From assembly GCA_039630575.1 (NCBI GenBank), contig JBCNUW010000003.1, positions 97,185 through 144,394 on the forward strand: 47,210 nt of DNA. The letters run 5' to 3'. The stretch is from Candidatus Hydrothermales bacterium (lineage in GTDB: Bacteria; Hydrothermota; Hydrothermia; Hydrothermales; JAJRUZ01). The position numbers and the translations under genes were made by a program. Below the pieces are notes generated by a model, which was not told the DNA's origin, made no database searches, and worked only from the letters and a program-made list of their open reading frames with translations. Positions 10,839 to 20,763 of the stretch are shown here, piece by piece; position 1 is the first letter of the stretch; each line of letters starts with the position of its first letter.

Positions 10839-12083
10839 ATGATACTTATTTACCTTTTTTTAATGTCAATTGACACATTAGGAGTTAACTTAGAAGAAGC
10901 CCTCAAAAGGGCTTTAGAGAATTTTTCTGAAATTGTAATCCAGAGAAAGAATTATAACTTAAAAAATATTGAATACATAAATTCACTTTTTAACTTTGCA
11001 CCAAATCTTAGTGCGGAGGGTGGCTACTCTAATACTGAAACAAGGTTAAATACAATTATTCCTGGTTATCCTTCGCCAGTTCTTTCATCTACTAAAAGGG
11101 GGTACACTTTCACTTTTTCTTTATCTCAAAAAATTTTTTCTCCTTCAAGTATTTATAATTTATTTAACTTTTACTCATTAAAGGAAAATAGCGAATTGTC
11201 ATTAATTGAGTTTAAAATGAAGCTTACTTATGAATTAGAAACAAAGTATTTTAATGTCTTGAGATTAAAAAAAGTTCTTAAAATTTATGAAAAGAGCCTT
11301 GAGCGTGCAGAAAACTATTTTCAACTTGCTGAAGAGAAATTTAGAAACGGATTACTTTCTTATTTTGATTATATGAACATTAAATTGGAATTAGAAAATT
11401 TAATCTTAAATAAAAGACAAGCGGAAAAAAATTTTTATGATGCGCTTTATGATTTTAATTATCTGTTAGGAAATGATGGTAAAATTCTCTATGTTCCAAA
11501 GGAAGTAAAATTGGATAGTATAACTGTTATGGATATTGAAAAGGTAAATTTTTATGCTTTTGAGGCAGAAAAATGGATAAAGAGGAATTCAGCATTCAGT
11601 CTAATTTATAATCTATTTTCATTCCTGCCAGAGGTTTATTTTTCCTTATTTTATTCCTATTCTGATTCAACCATCAAAAATCTTTTTAAAAAACCTGAGT
11701 CTTCAAAGGGTATTTATCTTTCATTTTCACTGCGTTTTTGGGACTATCCCTTCAACTTGGTTAAAAGTAAATTAAAAGATGAAATTGAAAGAGAAAACCT
11801 AAAGAGGATATACCTCTTATCAACTTTAAATTATGAAAAATCAAAAAAACATCTTGAAATAGCAAAAGAGGCACTTAAGTTATCAGAAGAAAAACTAAAA
11901 ACTTCTGAAGTCGGGTATAATATAGCTGTTGAAAGCTTTAAGCTCGGAAAGATCTCTTCATTGGAACTAACAAAGGCAGAGGAAAATTTAAGAGTAAGTG
12001 AAATAGATTACATTACTTCTTACTATAATTATAAGTTAGCTATTACTTTTTACTTATATCTAACAGGTAACTTAATTTATTAA
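10839..12083 (+). CDS. TolC-family outer membrane efflux protein
   Basis: NLEEALKRALEN start, two helical repeats (AEEKFRNGLLS / AVESFKLGKISSLEL); AAGGAGG SD; operon context. Confidence 0.85.
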   Translation: MILIYLFLMSIDTLGVNLEEALKRALENFSEIVIQRKNYNLKNIEYINSLFNFAPNLSAEGGYSNTETRLNTIIPGYPSPVLSSTKRGYTFTFSLSQKIFSPSSIYNLFNFYSLKENSELSLIEFKMKLTYELETKYFNVLRLKKVLKIYEKSLERAENYFQLAEEKFRNGLLSYFDYMNIKLELENLILNKRQAEKNFYDALYDFNYLLGNDGKILYVPKEVKLDSITVMDIEKVNFYAFEAEKWIKRNSAFSLIYNLFSFLPEVYFSLFYSYSDSTIKNLFKKPESSKGIYLSFSLRFWDYPFNLVKSKLKDEIERENLKRIYLLSTLNYEKSKKHLEIAKEALKLSEEKLKTSEVGYNIAVESFKLGKISSLELTKAEENLRVSEIDYITSYYNYKLAITFYLYLTGNLIY

Positions 12084-12086
12084 GAG

Positions 12087-13235
12087 ATGAAAAAGTTAAT
12101 TCTTATAGTTTTTTTCGTATTTCTATTAGCAATTTTAATAATTCTTAACATAAAAGCTACTAAGAAAGAAAAGGTTGTAGAAATTGAAGTGGTAAAAAAG
12201 AATTTCATACAAGAAACGGTTAAAGCTTATGGTTTTCTTGAAGCTAAAAGGCAGGTAGAGATTGGATCTGAGGTAATAGGTAAAATTAAAAAAATACTAG
12301 TTTCAAAGGGAGATCTTGTAAAAAGTGGAGACCTTATATGTGTAATAGATCCCACTGAATATCAGGCTCAAAGAGACAGAATTAAGGTAATTCTTGAACA
12401 AGATCTTTATGAGTTAAATTTGGCAAAACTCGATTATGAAAGAGAAAGAAATCTTTTTGAGAAAAAACTCATTTCTCAAAAAGAATTTGAAGTAGCAGAA
12501 GCAAGACTTAAAAGTATTCTTTTCAGAATAAAACAAGATAGTTTTAATTTAAAAGAATCTGAAAACAGGTTGCTGAAATGCTTTATAAGGTCTCCAATTG
12601 ATGGAGAAATTATGGAGATATATAAAAAAGAGGGAGAAACAGTTGTACCTGGAACAATAAATAATCCGGCATCTTTAATAATGGTTATTGGAGATAAAAG
12701 TAAGATGATTGCAAAATGCGAAGTCGATGAAACAGAAATACCCAAAATAAAAAAAGGGCAAAAAGTAAAAATAAAAGTTGATGCTTTTCCAGATACAACT
12801 TTTAGTGGAAGTGTAAGTAGGATTGGAGGAGTTAGGGCTTCTTCCTTTGGCCAGAGTCAAATACAACAGACTACAAAGTTTCCTGTAGAGATAGAAGTTA
12901 ATGAGAAGTTTGATTTGTTTTTACCAGGGATGAGTGTATCTTGTGAAATTATAACAGCTGAAAAGGAAAGTACCATAACACTTCCTTACTCAGCTTTGGG
13001 TAGAGAGAAAGTCGAAAATAAGGAACAGGAGGAATTCAATACTTTTCTTTTTATTTTAAAAAACAAAAGAGCTAAAAAAGTAAATGTAAAAACAGGAATA
13101 AGGGGATTAAAAAGGATTGAAATTTTAAGTGGTTTAAACGTTTATGATACAGTGATTACTGGTCCTGAGGAGGTTCTTAAAAAACTGAAAGACGGAGAAA
13201 AAGTAGTAGTAAAATCCTTGGATAAAAGAAAATGA
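12087..13235 (+). CDS. efflux periplasmic adaptor (MacA-like MFP)
   Basis: N-terminal TM, IGSEVIGKI..ILV.KGD.V, IRSPIDG, VDETEI, PGMSV. Confidence 0.93.
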   Translation: MKKLILIVFFVFLLAILIILNIKATKKEKVVEIEVVKKNFIQETVKAYGFLEAKRQVEIGSEVIGKIKKILVSKGDLVKSGDLICVIDPTEYQAQRDRIKVILEQDLYELNLAKLDYERERNLFEKKLISQKEFEVAEARLKSILFRIKQDSFNLKESENRLLKCFIRSPIDGEIMEIYKKEGETVVPGTINNPASLIMVIGDKSKMIAKCEVDETEIPKIKKGQKVKIKVDAFPDTTFSGSVSRIGGVRASSFGQSQIQQTTKFPVEIEVNEKFDLFLPGMSVSCEIITAEKESTITLPYSALGREKVENKEQEEFNTFLFILKNKRAKKVNVKTGIRGLKRIEILSGLNVYDTVITGPEEVLKKLKDGEKVVVKSLDKRK

Positions 13236-13912
13236 GTCTTATTCAGCTTTTGAATGTGAGGAAGATTTATAAGATGGGTAAAATATTTATAAACGCGATT
13301 GATGGTATTTCATTAAAAATAGAAAAAGGGGAGTACATAGCAATTATGGGGCCATCGGGTTCTGGAAAAAGTACGCTTTTACATATAATGGGTTTTCTCG
13401 ATAGAGTAAGTGAAGGAAAGTATATTTTTAAAGATAAAGACATTTCTGATTATTCAGAGGAAGATCTTGCAAGGATAAGGAATAAGGAGGTTGGATTTGT
13501 TTTTCAGTCCTTTCATCTTATACCGAGAATAACAGCACTTCAAAATGTGGAGTTACCACTTATATACCGTGGTATCCCAAAAAGTAGAAGGATAGAGATT
13601 GTTGAATATTTTCTTAGAGAAGTAGGACTTTTTGAGAGGAGAAATCACAGACCTCATGAATTATCAGGTGGAGAGATGCAGAGAGTTGCTATAGCAAGAG
13701 CTCTTGTTTCAGGGGCAGAGATTTTACTTGCAGATGAGCCAACTGGAAATTTGGATACAAAATCTGGGAATGAGATTTTAGATATTTTCGATAAACTAAA
13801 TGAGAAAAGTATAACCATTATTGTTGTAACGCATGACCATGATGTTTCAAATAGAGCAAGAAGGATTGTTTTTCTGAGGGATGGAAAGATAGAAGGAGAA
13901 AAGTTGAAATAG
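13232..13912 (+). CDS. MacB/LolD-type ABC ATP-binding subunit
   Basis: GPSGSGKST, LSGGEMQRVAIARAL, LADEPTGNLD, VTHD. Confidence 0.96.
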   Translation: MSLIQLLNVRKIYKMGKIFINAIDGISLKIEKGEYIAIMGPSGSGKSTLLHIMGFLDRVSEGKYIFKDKDISDYSEEDLARIRNKEVGFVFQSFHLIPRITALQNVELPLIYRGIPKSRRIEIVEYFLREVGLFERRNHRPHELSGGEMQRVAIARALVSGAEILLADEPTGNLDTKSGNEILDIFDKLNEKSITIIVVTHDHDVSNRARRIVFLRDGKIEGEKLK

Positions 13913-13933
13913 TTTTATTTTAATACTTACAAT
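13904..13933 (+). promoter_or_regulatory. sigma70-type promoter of eno, probable leaderless mRNA
   Basis: TTGAAA (13904-13909), 18 nt, TACAAT (13928-13933), 6 nt, ATG 13940. Confidence 0.65.
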
Positions 13934-13939
13934 TAATTT

Positions 13940-15208
13940 ATGAAAATTAAGGACTTAAAAGCCTTTGAGGTTCTTGATTCAAGAGGAAACCCCACGCTAA
14001 AGGTAGTATGTATTTTAGAAAACGGGGTTAAGGGGTCAGCTTTTGTTCCATCAGGTGCTTCAACAGGTACTTTTGAGGCACTGGAATTAAGAGACGGTGA
14101 TAAAAAGAGGTTTTTAGGAAAGGGTGTTCTAAAAGCAATAAATTCAGTAGAAAATGAAATTGCCCCAAGAATAAAGGATATGAATGTTTTTGAACAAAAG
14201 AAAATAGATGAAGTCATGATAAACTTAGATGGTACTGAAAATAAAAGTAGACTTGGAGCAAATGCAATTTTAGGTGTTTCACTTGCAATCTCAAGGGCTG
14301 CAGCTCATGTTTCTGGAGAGCCGCTGTTTAGGTATTTAGGTGGGGTGTTTGCATCTTATATTCCTATTCCTTTAATGAACTTTATTAACGGGGGAGTACA
14401 TGCAGATAATCCTTTAGATATACAAGAATTTATGATTGTTCCTTTAGGATTTGATTCTTTTAAGGATGCATTACGTGCAGGTTCAGAAATTTATAACACT
14501 CTTAAGGCTATTTTGAAAGAAAATGGATTAACCACAGCAATTGGGGATGAGGGTGGTTTTGCTCCCTATATTGAAAATACGAGGAAAGCACTTGATTTTA
14601 TTCTTGAAGCAATAGAGAGAACTGGTTATAAGCAAGGTGAAGAGGTTTATCTTGCTTTGGATGTTGCAGCAAGTGAATTATGGGATAGTAAGGAAAATAC
14701 CTATAAAATAGATGGAAAGGTTTACAAGTTAGACGATCTAATAAATTTTTATTCAGATATTGTTTCTAATTATCCGATTCTTTCAATTGAGGATCCTTTG
14801 GCTGAAGAAGATTGGTATGGTTGGAAGATTTTTACGGAAGAGTTTAAGGAAAAGATAATGATAGTGGGGGATGACATATTTGTAACAAATATGAAAAGAT
14901 TTGAGAGAGGAATTAAAGAGGAAATAGCAAATGCTATTCTTATTAAATTAAATCAGATAGGTACATTAACCGAGACACTTGATGTTATAAACATGGCAAA
15001 AGCAAATGGTTATAAAACTATTATTTCACATAGGTCTGGAGAGACAGAGGATACATTTATTGCCGATCTTGCAGTTGGGACAAATTCTTTGTTCATTAAA
15101 ACAGGAGCAGTTGCAAGGGGTGAAAGAACTTGTAAATATAATAGACTTCTCGAAATTGAAAGTGAGTATCCTGGGCTTATTTTCTGGGGAAAGAAAATTA
15201 AGATGTGA
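13940..15208 (+). CDS. eno: enolase
   Basis: [46 protein letters not shown]. Confidence 0.99.
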   Translation: MKIKDLKAFEVLDSRGNPTLKVVCILENGVKGSAFVPSGASTGTFEALELRDGDKKRFLGKGVLKAINSVENEIAPRIKDMNVFEQKKIDEVMINLDGTENKSRLGANAILGVSLAISRAAAHVSGEPLFRYLGGVFASYIPIPLMNFINGGVHADNPLDIQEFMIVPLGFDSFKDALRAGSEIYNTLKAILKENGLTTAIGDEGGFAPYIENTRKALDFILEAIERTGYKQGEEVYLALDVAASELWDSKENTYKIDGKVYKLDDLINFYSDIVSNYPILSIEDPLAEEDWYGWKIFTEEFKEKIMIVGDDIFVTNMKRFERGIKEEIANAILIKLNQIGTLTETLDVINMAKANGYKTIISHRSGETEDTFIADLAVGTNSLFIKTGAVARGERTCKYNRLLEIESEYPGLIFWGKKIKM

Positions 15209-15426
15209 GGGGAAGAGATTTTTTTACTTTATTTTTTTTAATTTTAATGAGTATTTATTTACTTTTTTTTGACAATTATGGACTTTTAAAGTTTTTTTCA
15301 CTTAAGGGTAAACTAAAAGAATTAGATGAGAGAAAAAATTTTCTAATGGCTAAGCAAATTATTTATAAAGATAGGATAAAATTTTTAAAGTCCGATGTTG
15401 GTAAAAAAATAAAAAAATATTTTTAA
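15205..15426 (+). CDS. small TM plus coiled-coil protein, FtsB/DivIC-like
   Basis: GTG start overlaps eno stop; TM, then 'FFDNYGLL', then coiled coil; eno-ftsB adjacency is common. Confidence 0.55.
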   Translation: MRGRDFFTLFFLILMSIYLLFFDNYGLLKFFSLKGKLKELDERKNFLMAKQIIYKDRIKFLKSDVGKKIKKYF

Positions 15427-15441
15427 AAGAGGGAGGAAAAA

Positions 15442-16299
15442 ATGGCTAAAATTCTTGATGGTAAAGTTGTATCTTCAGAATGGAAGAAGGAGATTCATAA
15501 AAAGGTGTTAGAACTTAAAAAAAATGGGGTTATTCCATTTTTGAATGTTTTTTTGATCGGTGATAATCCTGCTTCAGTTCTTTACGTGAAGAATAAGAAA
15601 AAATCTGCTGAAGAAATAGATATGAAGTGTGAGATAATTCATTTTGATAATGATATTTCACAAGATAGATTGAAGGATGAGATAAGAAAAAAAGGTGAAG
15701 ATAAAAATGTTCATGGTATTATTGTTCAGCTTCCCCTTCCTTCACATCTTAATTCCGATGAAGTGGCTGAATATGTGGTTCCTTTAAAGGATGTTGATGG
15801 TTTTTCACCTTACAATTTGGGAAGGCTTTTAAGAGGTGATCCACTATTTATTCCGGCAACACCATATGGAATTTTAAAAATTCTTGATTATTACAACATA
15901 AAAGTATCTGGAAAACATGTAGTTGTGGTTGGAAGAAGTAATATTGTGGGAAAACCAATGGCAATTTCATTATTACTTAAGGGAAGAGATGCTACAGTTA
16001 CTATTTGTCACTCAAAGACAGAGAATTTGAGTAAGATAACTAAGGAGGCGGAAATTTTAATAGTAGCTGCTGGTGTAAAAAAATTGGTCAAAAAAGATTT
16101 CGTAAGAAAGGGACAAGTTGTAATAGATGTAGGTATTCATAAGGAGGGTTCATCTTGGGTTGGTGATGTAGATTTTGATGAGGTTAAGGAGATAGTGGAG
16201 TATATAACACCTGTTCCTGGTGGTGTAGGACCGATGACTGTTGCTGGTCTTCTTGCAAACACTTGTAGAGCTGCGGAAATGTTCTTAGAACATGGATGA
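15442..16299 (+). CDS. folD: methylenetetrahydrofolate dehydrogenase/cyclohydrolase
   Basis: ILDGK, YVKNK, VQLPLP, KDVDG, GRSNIVGKP, TPVPGGVGPMT; GGAGG SD. Confidence 0.98.
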   Translation: MAKILDGKVVSSEWKKEIHKKVLELKKNGVIPFLNVFLIGDNPASVLYVKNKKKSAEEIDMKCEIIHFDNDISQDRLKDEIRKKGEDKNVHGIIVQLPLPSHLNSDEVAEYVVPLKDVDGFSPYNLGRLLRGDPLFIPATPYGILKILDYYNIKVSGKHVVVVGRSNIVGKPMAISLLLKGRDATVTICHSKTENLSKITKEAEILIVAAGVKKLVKKDFVRKGQVVIDVGIHKEGSSWVGDVDFDEVKEIVEYITPVPGGVGPMTVAGLLANTCRAAEMFLEHG

Positions 16300-17356
16300 G
16301 ATAAATAAAATAGTTGAAGAAGTTTTTGTTGTACACAATTTTTATCAAAAGAAAAAAATTCCAGTTTACGTTGGCTATTTTAAATCTGACAACATAGGTG
16401 AGAATCTAATCTATTTAAGATCTAAATTAAAAGAAATAAGTTATGTTCCAGCAGTTTATAAACTGAAAGACCTTTACTATGCTATTGAAATTCATCCTGA
16501 ATACAAAATTAAATTTAAAGATCTTGTTTTATCACTTCTTTTATTACTTATGACAGTTTTTACTACAATGTTTGCAGGTTCAATGCATTATATTGGAGAT
16601 TTTGAAAAATTTTTAGAAAAATTTCCCAGATCTTTACTATATGGTTTTCCTTTTTCTTTTTCCTTACTTTCGATACTTTTGTCCCATGAGATGGGACATT
16701 TTTTTTTAAGCAGAAAATTTGGTGTTCACTCGACACTTCCCTATTTTATTCCTGTCCCTCATCCCCTTGTAGGTACCTTTGGTGCCTTTATAAAAGTTAA
16801 GTCACCTATTCCCAACAGGAGAGCCCTAATAAGGATTGGTGCTGCTGGTCCAATATCAGGAATAGTGGTTTCTATACCTTTTCTGATTTGGGGTATAAGT
16901 AATTCGAAGGTAGTTTACTTAAAAGATGAAGGTGGGATTTTTTTAGGAGATCCTCTTCTTTTTAAGTTTTTGTTTTATCTAATAAGAGGTGATTTACCAC
17001 AAGATGCTGATGTTTTACTTCACCCTGTTGCTTTTGCAGGTTGGATAGGTCTTTTTGTAACAGCAATGAATTTACTACCTTTTTCTCAGCTGGATGGTGG
17101 TCATATTATGTATGCACTTTTGGGTGAAAAGTTTCAAATTTTTCAATACATTTTTTTCCCTTTTTTGATTTTAATAGGTTTTCTTTGGCCTGGTTGGTTT
17201 TTTTGGGGTTTTTTGCTTCTTCTTTTTGGACTAAGACACCCACCTCCCATAGACAATATAACTCCATTGGATATAAAAGATAAAATATTAGGTTTACTAT
17301 GTATTTTAATTTTTATCTTAACTTTTCATCCTGTTCCTTTTAAAGTAAGGTATTAA
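16292..17356 (+). CDS. site-2 protease (M50) membrane metalloprotease
   Basis: HEMGH, GTFGAFI, AAGP, NLLPFSQLDGGH. Confidence 0.93.
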   Translation: MDEINKIVEEVFVVHNFYQKKKIPVYVGYFKSDNIGENLIYLRSKLKEISYVPAVYKLKDLYYAIEIHPEYKIKFKDLVLSLLLLLMTVFTTMFAGSMHYIGDFEKFLEKFPRSLLYGFPFSFSLLSILLSHEMGHFFLSRKFGVHSTLPYFIPVPHPLVGTFGAFIKVKSPIPNRRALIRIGAAGPISGIVVSIPFLIWGISNSKVVYLKDEGGIFLGDPLLFKFLFYLIRGDLPQDADVLLHPVAFAGWIGLFVTAMNLLPFSQLDGGHIMYALLGEKFQIFQYIFFPFLILIGFLWPGWFFWGFLLLLFGLRHPPPIDNITPLDIKDKILGLLCILIFILTFHPVPFKVRY

Positions 17357-17651
17357 TAATAAGACTACATAATATTCCCTTTATGTCCCATAAAAGATCT
17401 TTAGTGCTAAAATTATTTTTCTTTTTTTTATCGTAAATCTCTTTAGAAAGGGATAGAAAAAGTGGAATTGTAAATGAAATTAAGATGCTTTTTCTTTCGT
17501 CAATTTTTAAATTAAATTTTGTTTCAAAATAAAAAATATTTGATATAGCCAAATTGAAATAAAAATGCCTAAATTTATCTTCACCCCAAAAGTTATCATT
17601 TAAATTTTTTTCAGAATTTATCAACATAAACATAAAAAGGAAGTTTTTCAA
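17340..17651 (-). CDS. YfiM/DUF2279-like small membrane or exported protein
   Basis: W.EDKFRHF...KEIYD...FSTKDLLWDIKG pattern; TTG start. Confidence 0.6.
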   Translation of the reverse strand: MKNFLFMFMLINSEKNLNDNFWGEDKFRHFYFNLAISNIFYFETKFNLKIDERKSILISFTIPLFLSLSKEIYDKKKKNNFSTKDLLWDIKGILCSLIINTLL

Positions 17652-17652
17652 A

Positions 17653-18237
17653 TTAAATCTTTAAAAAATTTTTACCCTCTTTGAATGCATTTATGTTGAT
17701 TTCAGAAAATTCTGCAGGAGAGTTTTCCCTAATAATTTTTTCCCAAATTTTTTCCTCAAAGGGCAAAAAGTTTGAAAGAACTCCTAAAAGTAAAATGTTG
17801 AAAGACCTTATATTTCCAATTTTTTCAGCTAATTTAACAGCTGGAATAAAATATAACTTTTCTGTAATTTTTCCTAAAGTTTTTTCTATATCCCTTGGAT
17901 ACTCTTCAAGTCCTAAGGATACAATAGGTGGAATAAGTTCAAGATCATTAACAATTATAACAGGCGAGTTTTTCTTTAAATAATGAACCCATCTGAGGGT
18001 TTCTGCTTTTTCAAAGGATAGTAGGATATCACCTTTTCCTATTTCAATAAGAGGAGAATATACTTTTTTTGCAATTCTAACATGAGATACTACACTTCCA
18101 CCCCTTTGAGCCATTCCATGAACTTCACTTTTCTTAACATCAAAGCCTGATTCCATAGCCGAAAGTGCGAGAATTTCTGAGGAAAGGATTATTCCCTGTC
18201 CTCCAACTCCACTTATTATTATGTTAAGTTCCTTCAT
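17653..18237 (-). CDS. iorB: indolepyruvate:ferredoxin oxidoreductase beta subunit
   Basis: GVGGQGIIL, SEVHGMAQRGGSVVSHVR; ATG 18237 overlaps the iorA stop. Confidence 0.95.
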   Translation of the reverse strand: MKELNIIISGVGGQGIILSSEILALSAMESGFDVKKSEVHGMAQRGGSVVSHVRIAKKVYSPLIEIGKGDILLSFEKAETLRWVHYLKKNSPVIIVNDLELIPPIVSLGLEEYPRDIEKTLGKITEKLYFIPAVKLAEKIGNIRSFNILLLGVLSNFLPFEEKIWEKIIRENSPAEFSEININAFKEGKNFLKI

Positions 18238-19970
18238 ACGATAGCAAATACTGGACAGACTTGTGTACAAAGTTCACACCCAACACATAAAAGGGGTGTT
18301 ATAAAGGCTTTTCCATTATAAATTGAGATTGCTGGACAACCAACTCTTATACAAGCTTTACATTTTTCTCCAAGACATTTATCTTCCAAAACCATCTTTT
18401 TATCCCTTTTACCGAAGTAGTCTCTACTTTCCTTTAAAAGAGCACACGGAGCCCTCGCAACTATAACAGAAGGTTCTTCACTTTCAATAGCATTCTTTAA
18501 GATTTTAAGAGTTTCCTTAATATCATAAGGATTAACCTCATAAACCTTTTCAATTCCACAAGCTTTAGCAAGTTCCTTTAAATTTATTTCTTTGGTTTCT
18601 TCACCTTTTGCTGTTCTACCTGTGCCAGGGTGATCTTGGTGACCTGTCATGGCTGTTGTTCTGTTATCAAGAATAATTGTTTTGATACTTCCTTTATTGT
18701 AAGTAATATCTATTAAACCAGTAATACCTGAATGTAAAAAAGTTGAATCGCCTATCACAGCTACCATTCTTTTTGAAAAATCTTTACCTCTTGCCTTTTC
18801 AAATCCTAAGGCATTACCGAGAGAAGCACCCATACATATACAAGTATCCATAGCATTAAAAGGTGGGAGAGCACCAAGTGTATAACAACCTATATCTCCT
18901 GTAACGGTTACCTTCAGTTTTGAAAGACAATAGAAAATACCTGTATGGGGACAGCCTGGACAAAATTGGGGTGGTCTCCTCACTGTTTTGATTGGATCTG
19001 GGTGTGAAAGTTCTTTACCTTTTATTGATTTTCTTACAATATCAGGAGTTAATTCATCACAAATAGGAATATACTTTTTTCCTTCTGCTTTATAACCAAG
19101 TATTTTTATTTCTTCTTCGATAAAAGGCTCATTTTCCTCAATCACGATGATTTTTTTTACCTTTTTATAGAATTTTTTAAATAATTTTTCAGGAAAAGGA
19201 AAAGGCATTCCAATTTTTAGGAACCATGCATCCTTAAACACTTCCTTTGCATAATTATAAGCTACTCCTGATGAAACTATTCCTAATCCATTTTTCCCTT
19301 TTTCAATTCTGTTAAAAGTTGCTTCGGATGAGTATTCTTTAAGTTTTAAAAGTTTTTCTTCGAGTACTTTGTGCCTCTCTCGAGCATTTACTGGTAAGAG
19401 AATGAACTGTTTCGGATTTTTAACGTATTCCTTTATTGGAATTTCCTTTCTTTCGGCCACTTTTACAACACATTTAGTGTGTGAGATTCTTGTTGTCATT
19501 TTAAACAAAACAGGAGTTTCAAATTTTTCAGAGATTTCAAAAGCAAGTTTGATAAAATCATAGGCTTCTTGAGCATCTGAAGGTTCTAGAATTGGTATCT
19601 TAGCAAATTTAGCGTATCTTCTTGTATCTTGCTCATTCTGTGATGAGTGCATACCTGGATCATCACAGGATATGATTACGAATCCACCTTTCACACCAGT
19701 ATATGCAGATGAAAATAATGGATCAGCAGCAACATTTAGACCGACATGTTTCATAGATACTATACTTCTTGCTCCTGCTATAGCTGCACCGTAAGCAACT
19801 TCAAAGGCTACTTTTTCGTTTGTTGACCACTCAGCATTTATTTCAGGGTATTTTGAAAGATTTTCAAGTATTTCAGTTGATGGGGTACCTGGATATGCAC
19901 AAGCAACTTTAACTCCTGCTTCCCAGGCGCCACGTGCAACTGCTTCATTTCCAGAAAGCAGTAATTTCAT
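18234..19970 (-). CDS. iorA: indolepyruvate:ferredoxin oxidoreductase alpha subunit
   Basis: GNEAVARGA, YPGTPSTEI, MKHVGLNVAAD, FCPGCPH, GDIGCY, GDSTFLHSG, C-terminal ferredoxin cysteines. Confidence 0.97.
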   Translation of the reverse strand: MKLLLSGNEAVARGAWEAGVKVACAYPGTPSTEILENLSKYPEINAEWSTNEKVAFEVAYGAAIAGARSIVSMKHVGLNVAADPLFSSAYTGVKGGFVIISCDDPGMHSSQNEQDTRRYAKFAKIPILEPSDAQEAYDFIKLAFEISEKFETPVLFKMTTRISHTKCVVKVAERKEIPIKEYVKNPKQFILLPVNARERHKVLEEKLLKLKEYSSEATFNRIEKGKNGLGIVSSGVAYNYAKEVFKDAWFLKIGMPFPFPEKLFKKFYKKVKKIIVIEENEPFIEEEIKILGYKAEGKKYIPICDELTPDIVRKSIKGKELSHPDPIKTVRRPPQFCPGCPHTGIFYCLSKLKVTVTGDIGCYTLGALPPFNAMDTCICMGASLGNALGFEKARGKDFSKRMVAVIGDSTFLHSGITGLIDITYNKGSIKTIILDNRTTAMTGHQDHPGTGRTAKGEETKEINLKELAKACGIEKVYEVNPYDIKETLKILKNAIESEEPSVIVARAPCALLKESRDYFGKRDKKMVLEDKCLGEKCKACIRVGCPAISIYNGKAFITPLLCVGCELCTQVCPVFAIV

Positions 19971-19993
19971 TTTTCCCTCCTTTTTTAAAAAAA

Positions 19994-20022
19994 ATTATAA
20001 AATCTTTATGTAAATATTTCAA
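19994..20022 (-). promoter_or_regulatory. sigma70 promoter of iorAB
   Basis: TTGAAA (20022-20017), 17 nt, TATAAT (19999-19994); GGAGG SD before ATG 19970. Confidence 0.75.
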
Positions 20023-20028
20023 CATGTA

Positions 20029-20057
20029 TTGAAATTTTTAATTTTTTGTGATATAAT
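20029..20057 (+). promoter_or_regulatory. sigma70 promoter with extended -10 for tRNA-fMet-trxA-gatCAB
   Basis: TTGAAA (20029-20034), 17 nt, TGn-TATAAT (20052-20057). Confidence 0.8.
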
Positions 20058-20068
20058 AAAAAAAAGAT

Positions 20069-20140
20069 CGCGGGGTGTTGCAGTGGTAGCATTTGGGGCT
20101 CATAACCCCAAGGTCGCGGGTTCGAATCCCGCCCCCGCAA
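20069..20140 (+). tRNA. initiator tRNA-fMet(CAT), CCA not encoded
   Basis: CGCGGGG/CCCCGCA with C1-A72 mismatch; anticodon arm TGGGG-CTCATAA-CCCCA; T arm GCGGG-TTCGAAT-CCCGC. Confidence 0.95.
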
Positions 20141-20155
20141 CTTTTTATTTTCTTA

Positions 20156-20476
20156 ATGCATATTCCAGAAATAAATGATTCAGACTTTGAAGAAAAAGTT
20201 TTGAAATCTGATAAACCTTGTGTTGTAGATTTTTGGGCAGAGTGGTGTCATCCGTGCAGAATGATCGAACCATCAATGGAGGAACTTTATCTGAAATATA
20301 AAGATAAAATAAACTTTTTTAAACTAAATGTTGATGATAATTCAGAAACTCCATCAAAATATTATGTTATGAGCATTCCTACCATACTTTTTATTAAAAA
20401 TGGTGAAATTGTAGATAGGATAATAGGAGCTGTACCGAAAAAAACAATTGAAGAAAGAATTATAGAACTTCTTTAA
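20156..20476 (+). CDS. trxA: thioredoxin (WCHPC active site)
   Basis: VDFWAEWCHPC, KLNVD, SIPT, GAVPK; listed start 20093 lies inside the tRNA, so ATG 20156 is used. Confidence 0.93.
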   Translation: MHIPEINDSDFEEKVLKSDKPCVVDFWAEWCHPCRMIEPSMEELYLKYKDKINFFKLNVDDNSETPSKYYVMSIPTILFIKNGEIVDRIIGAVPKKTIEERIIELL

Positions 20477-20478
20477 AA

Positions 20479-20763
20479 TTGGATTTAGAAAAAGAGGTAA
20501 GAAGAATCTCCGAATTAGCAAGAATAAAAGTAGGCGATTATGAGAACTTTTCCAAAAACTTTTTAAAAATTTTAGATTTCTTTAAAAAAATTGATGAACT
20601 TAATTTAGAAAATGAAAGTCCTTTTTTTTACCTTGAGCATTTAAGAACAGAGCTCAGAAAAGACGAAGTTAAAGAATTCACTGATGTAAATCTTTTATTT
20701 TTTAATTCACCTGAAAAAAAGGGGAATTTTTTTGTAGCCGAAGCTCCCATTGAGTCTGATTAG
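20479..20763 (+). CDS. gatC: Asp/Glu-tRNA amidotransferase subunit C
   Basis: VRRISELARI, LRKDEV, NSPEKKGNFF; precedes gatA. Confidence 0.85.
   Translation: MDLEKEVRRISELARIKVGDYENFSKNFLKILDFFKKIDELNLENESPFFYLEHLRTELRKDEVKEFTDVNLLFFNSPEKKGNFFVAEAPIESD

Noticed and set aside
14275..14290. TGTTTCACTTGCAATC, partial resemblance to parS
   Set aside because: Several mismatches to TGTTTCACGTGAAACA, not palindromic, inside eno; no convincing parS was found by eye.
20093..20155. N-terminal extension of the thioredoxin ORF
   Set aside because: Lies within tRNA-fMet.
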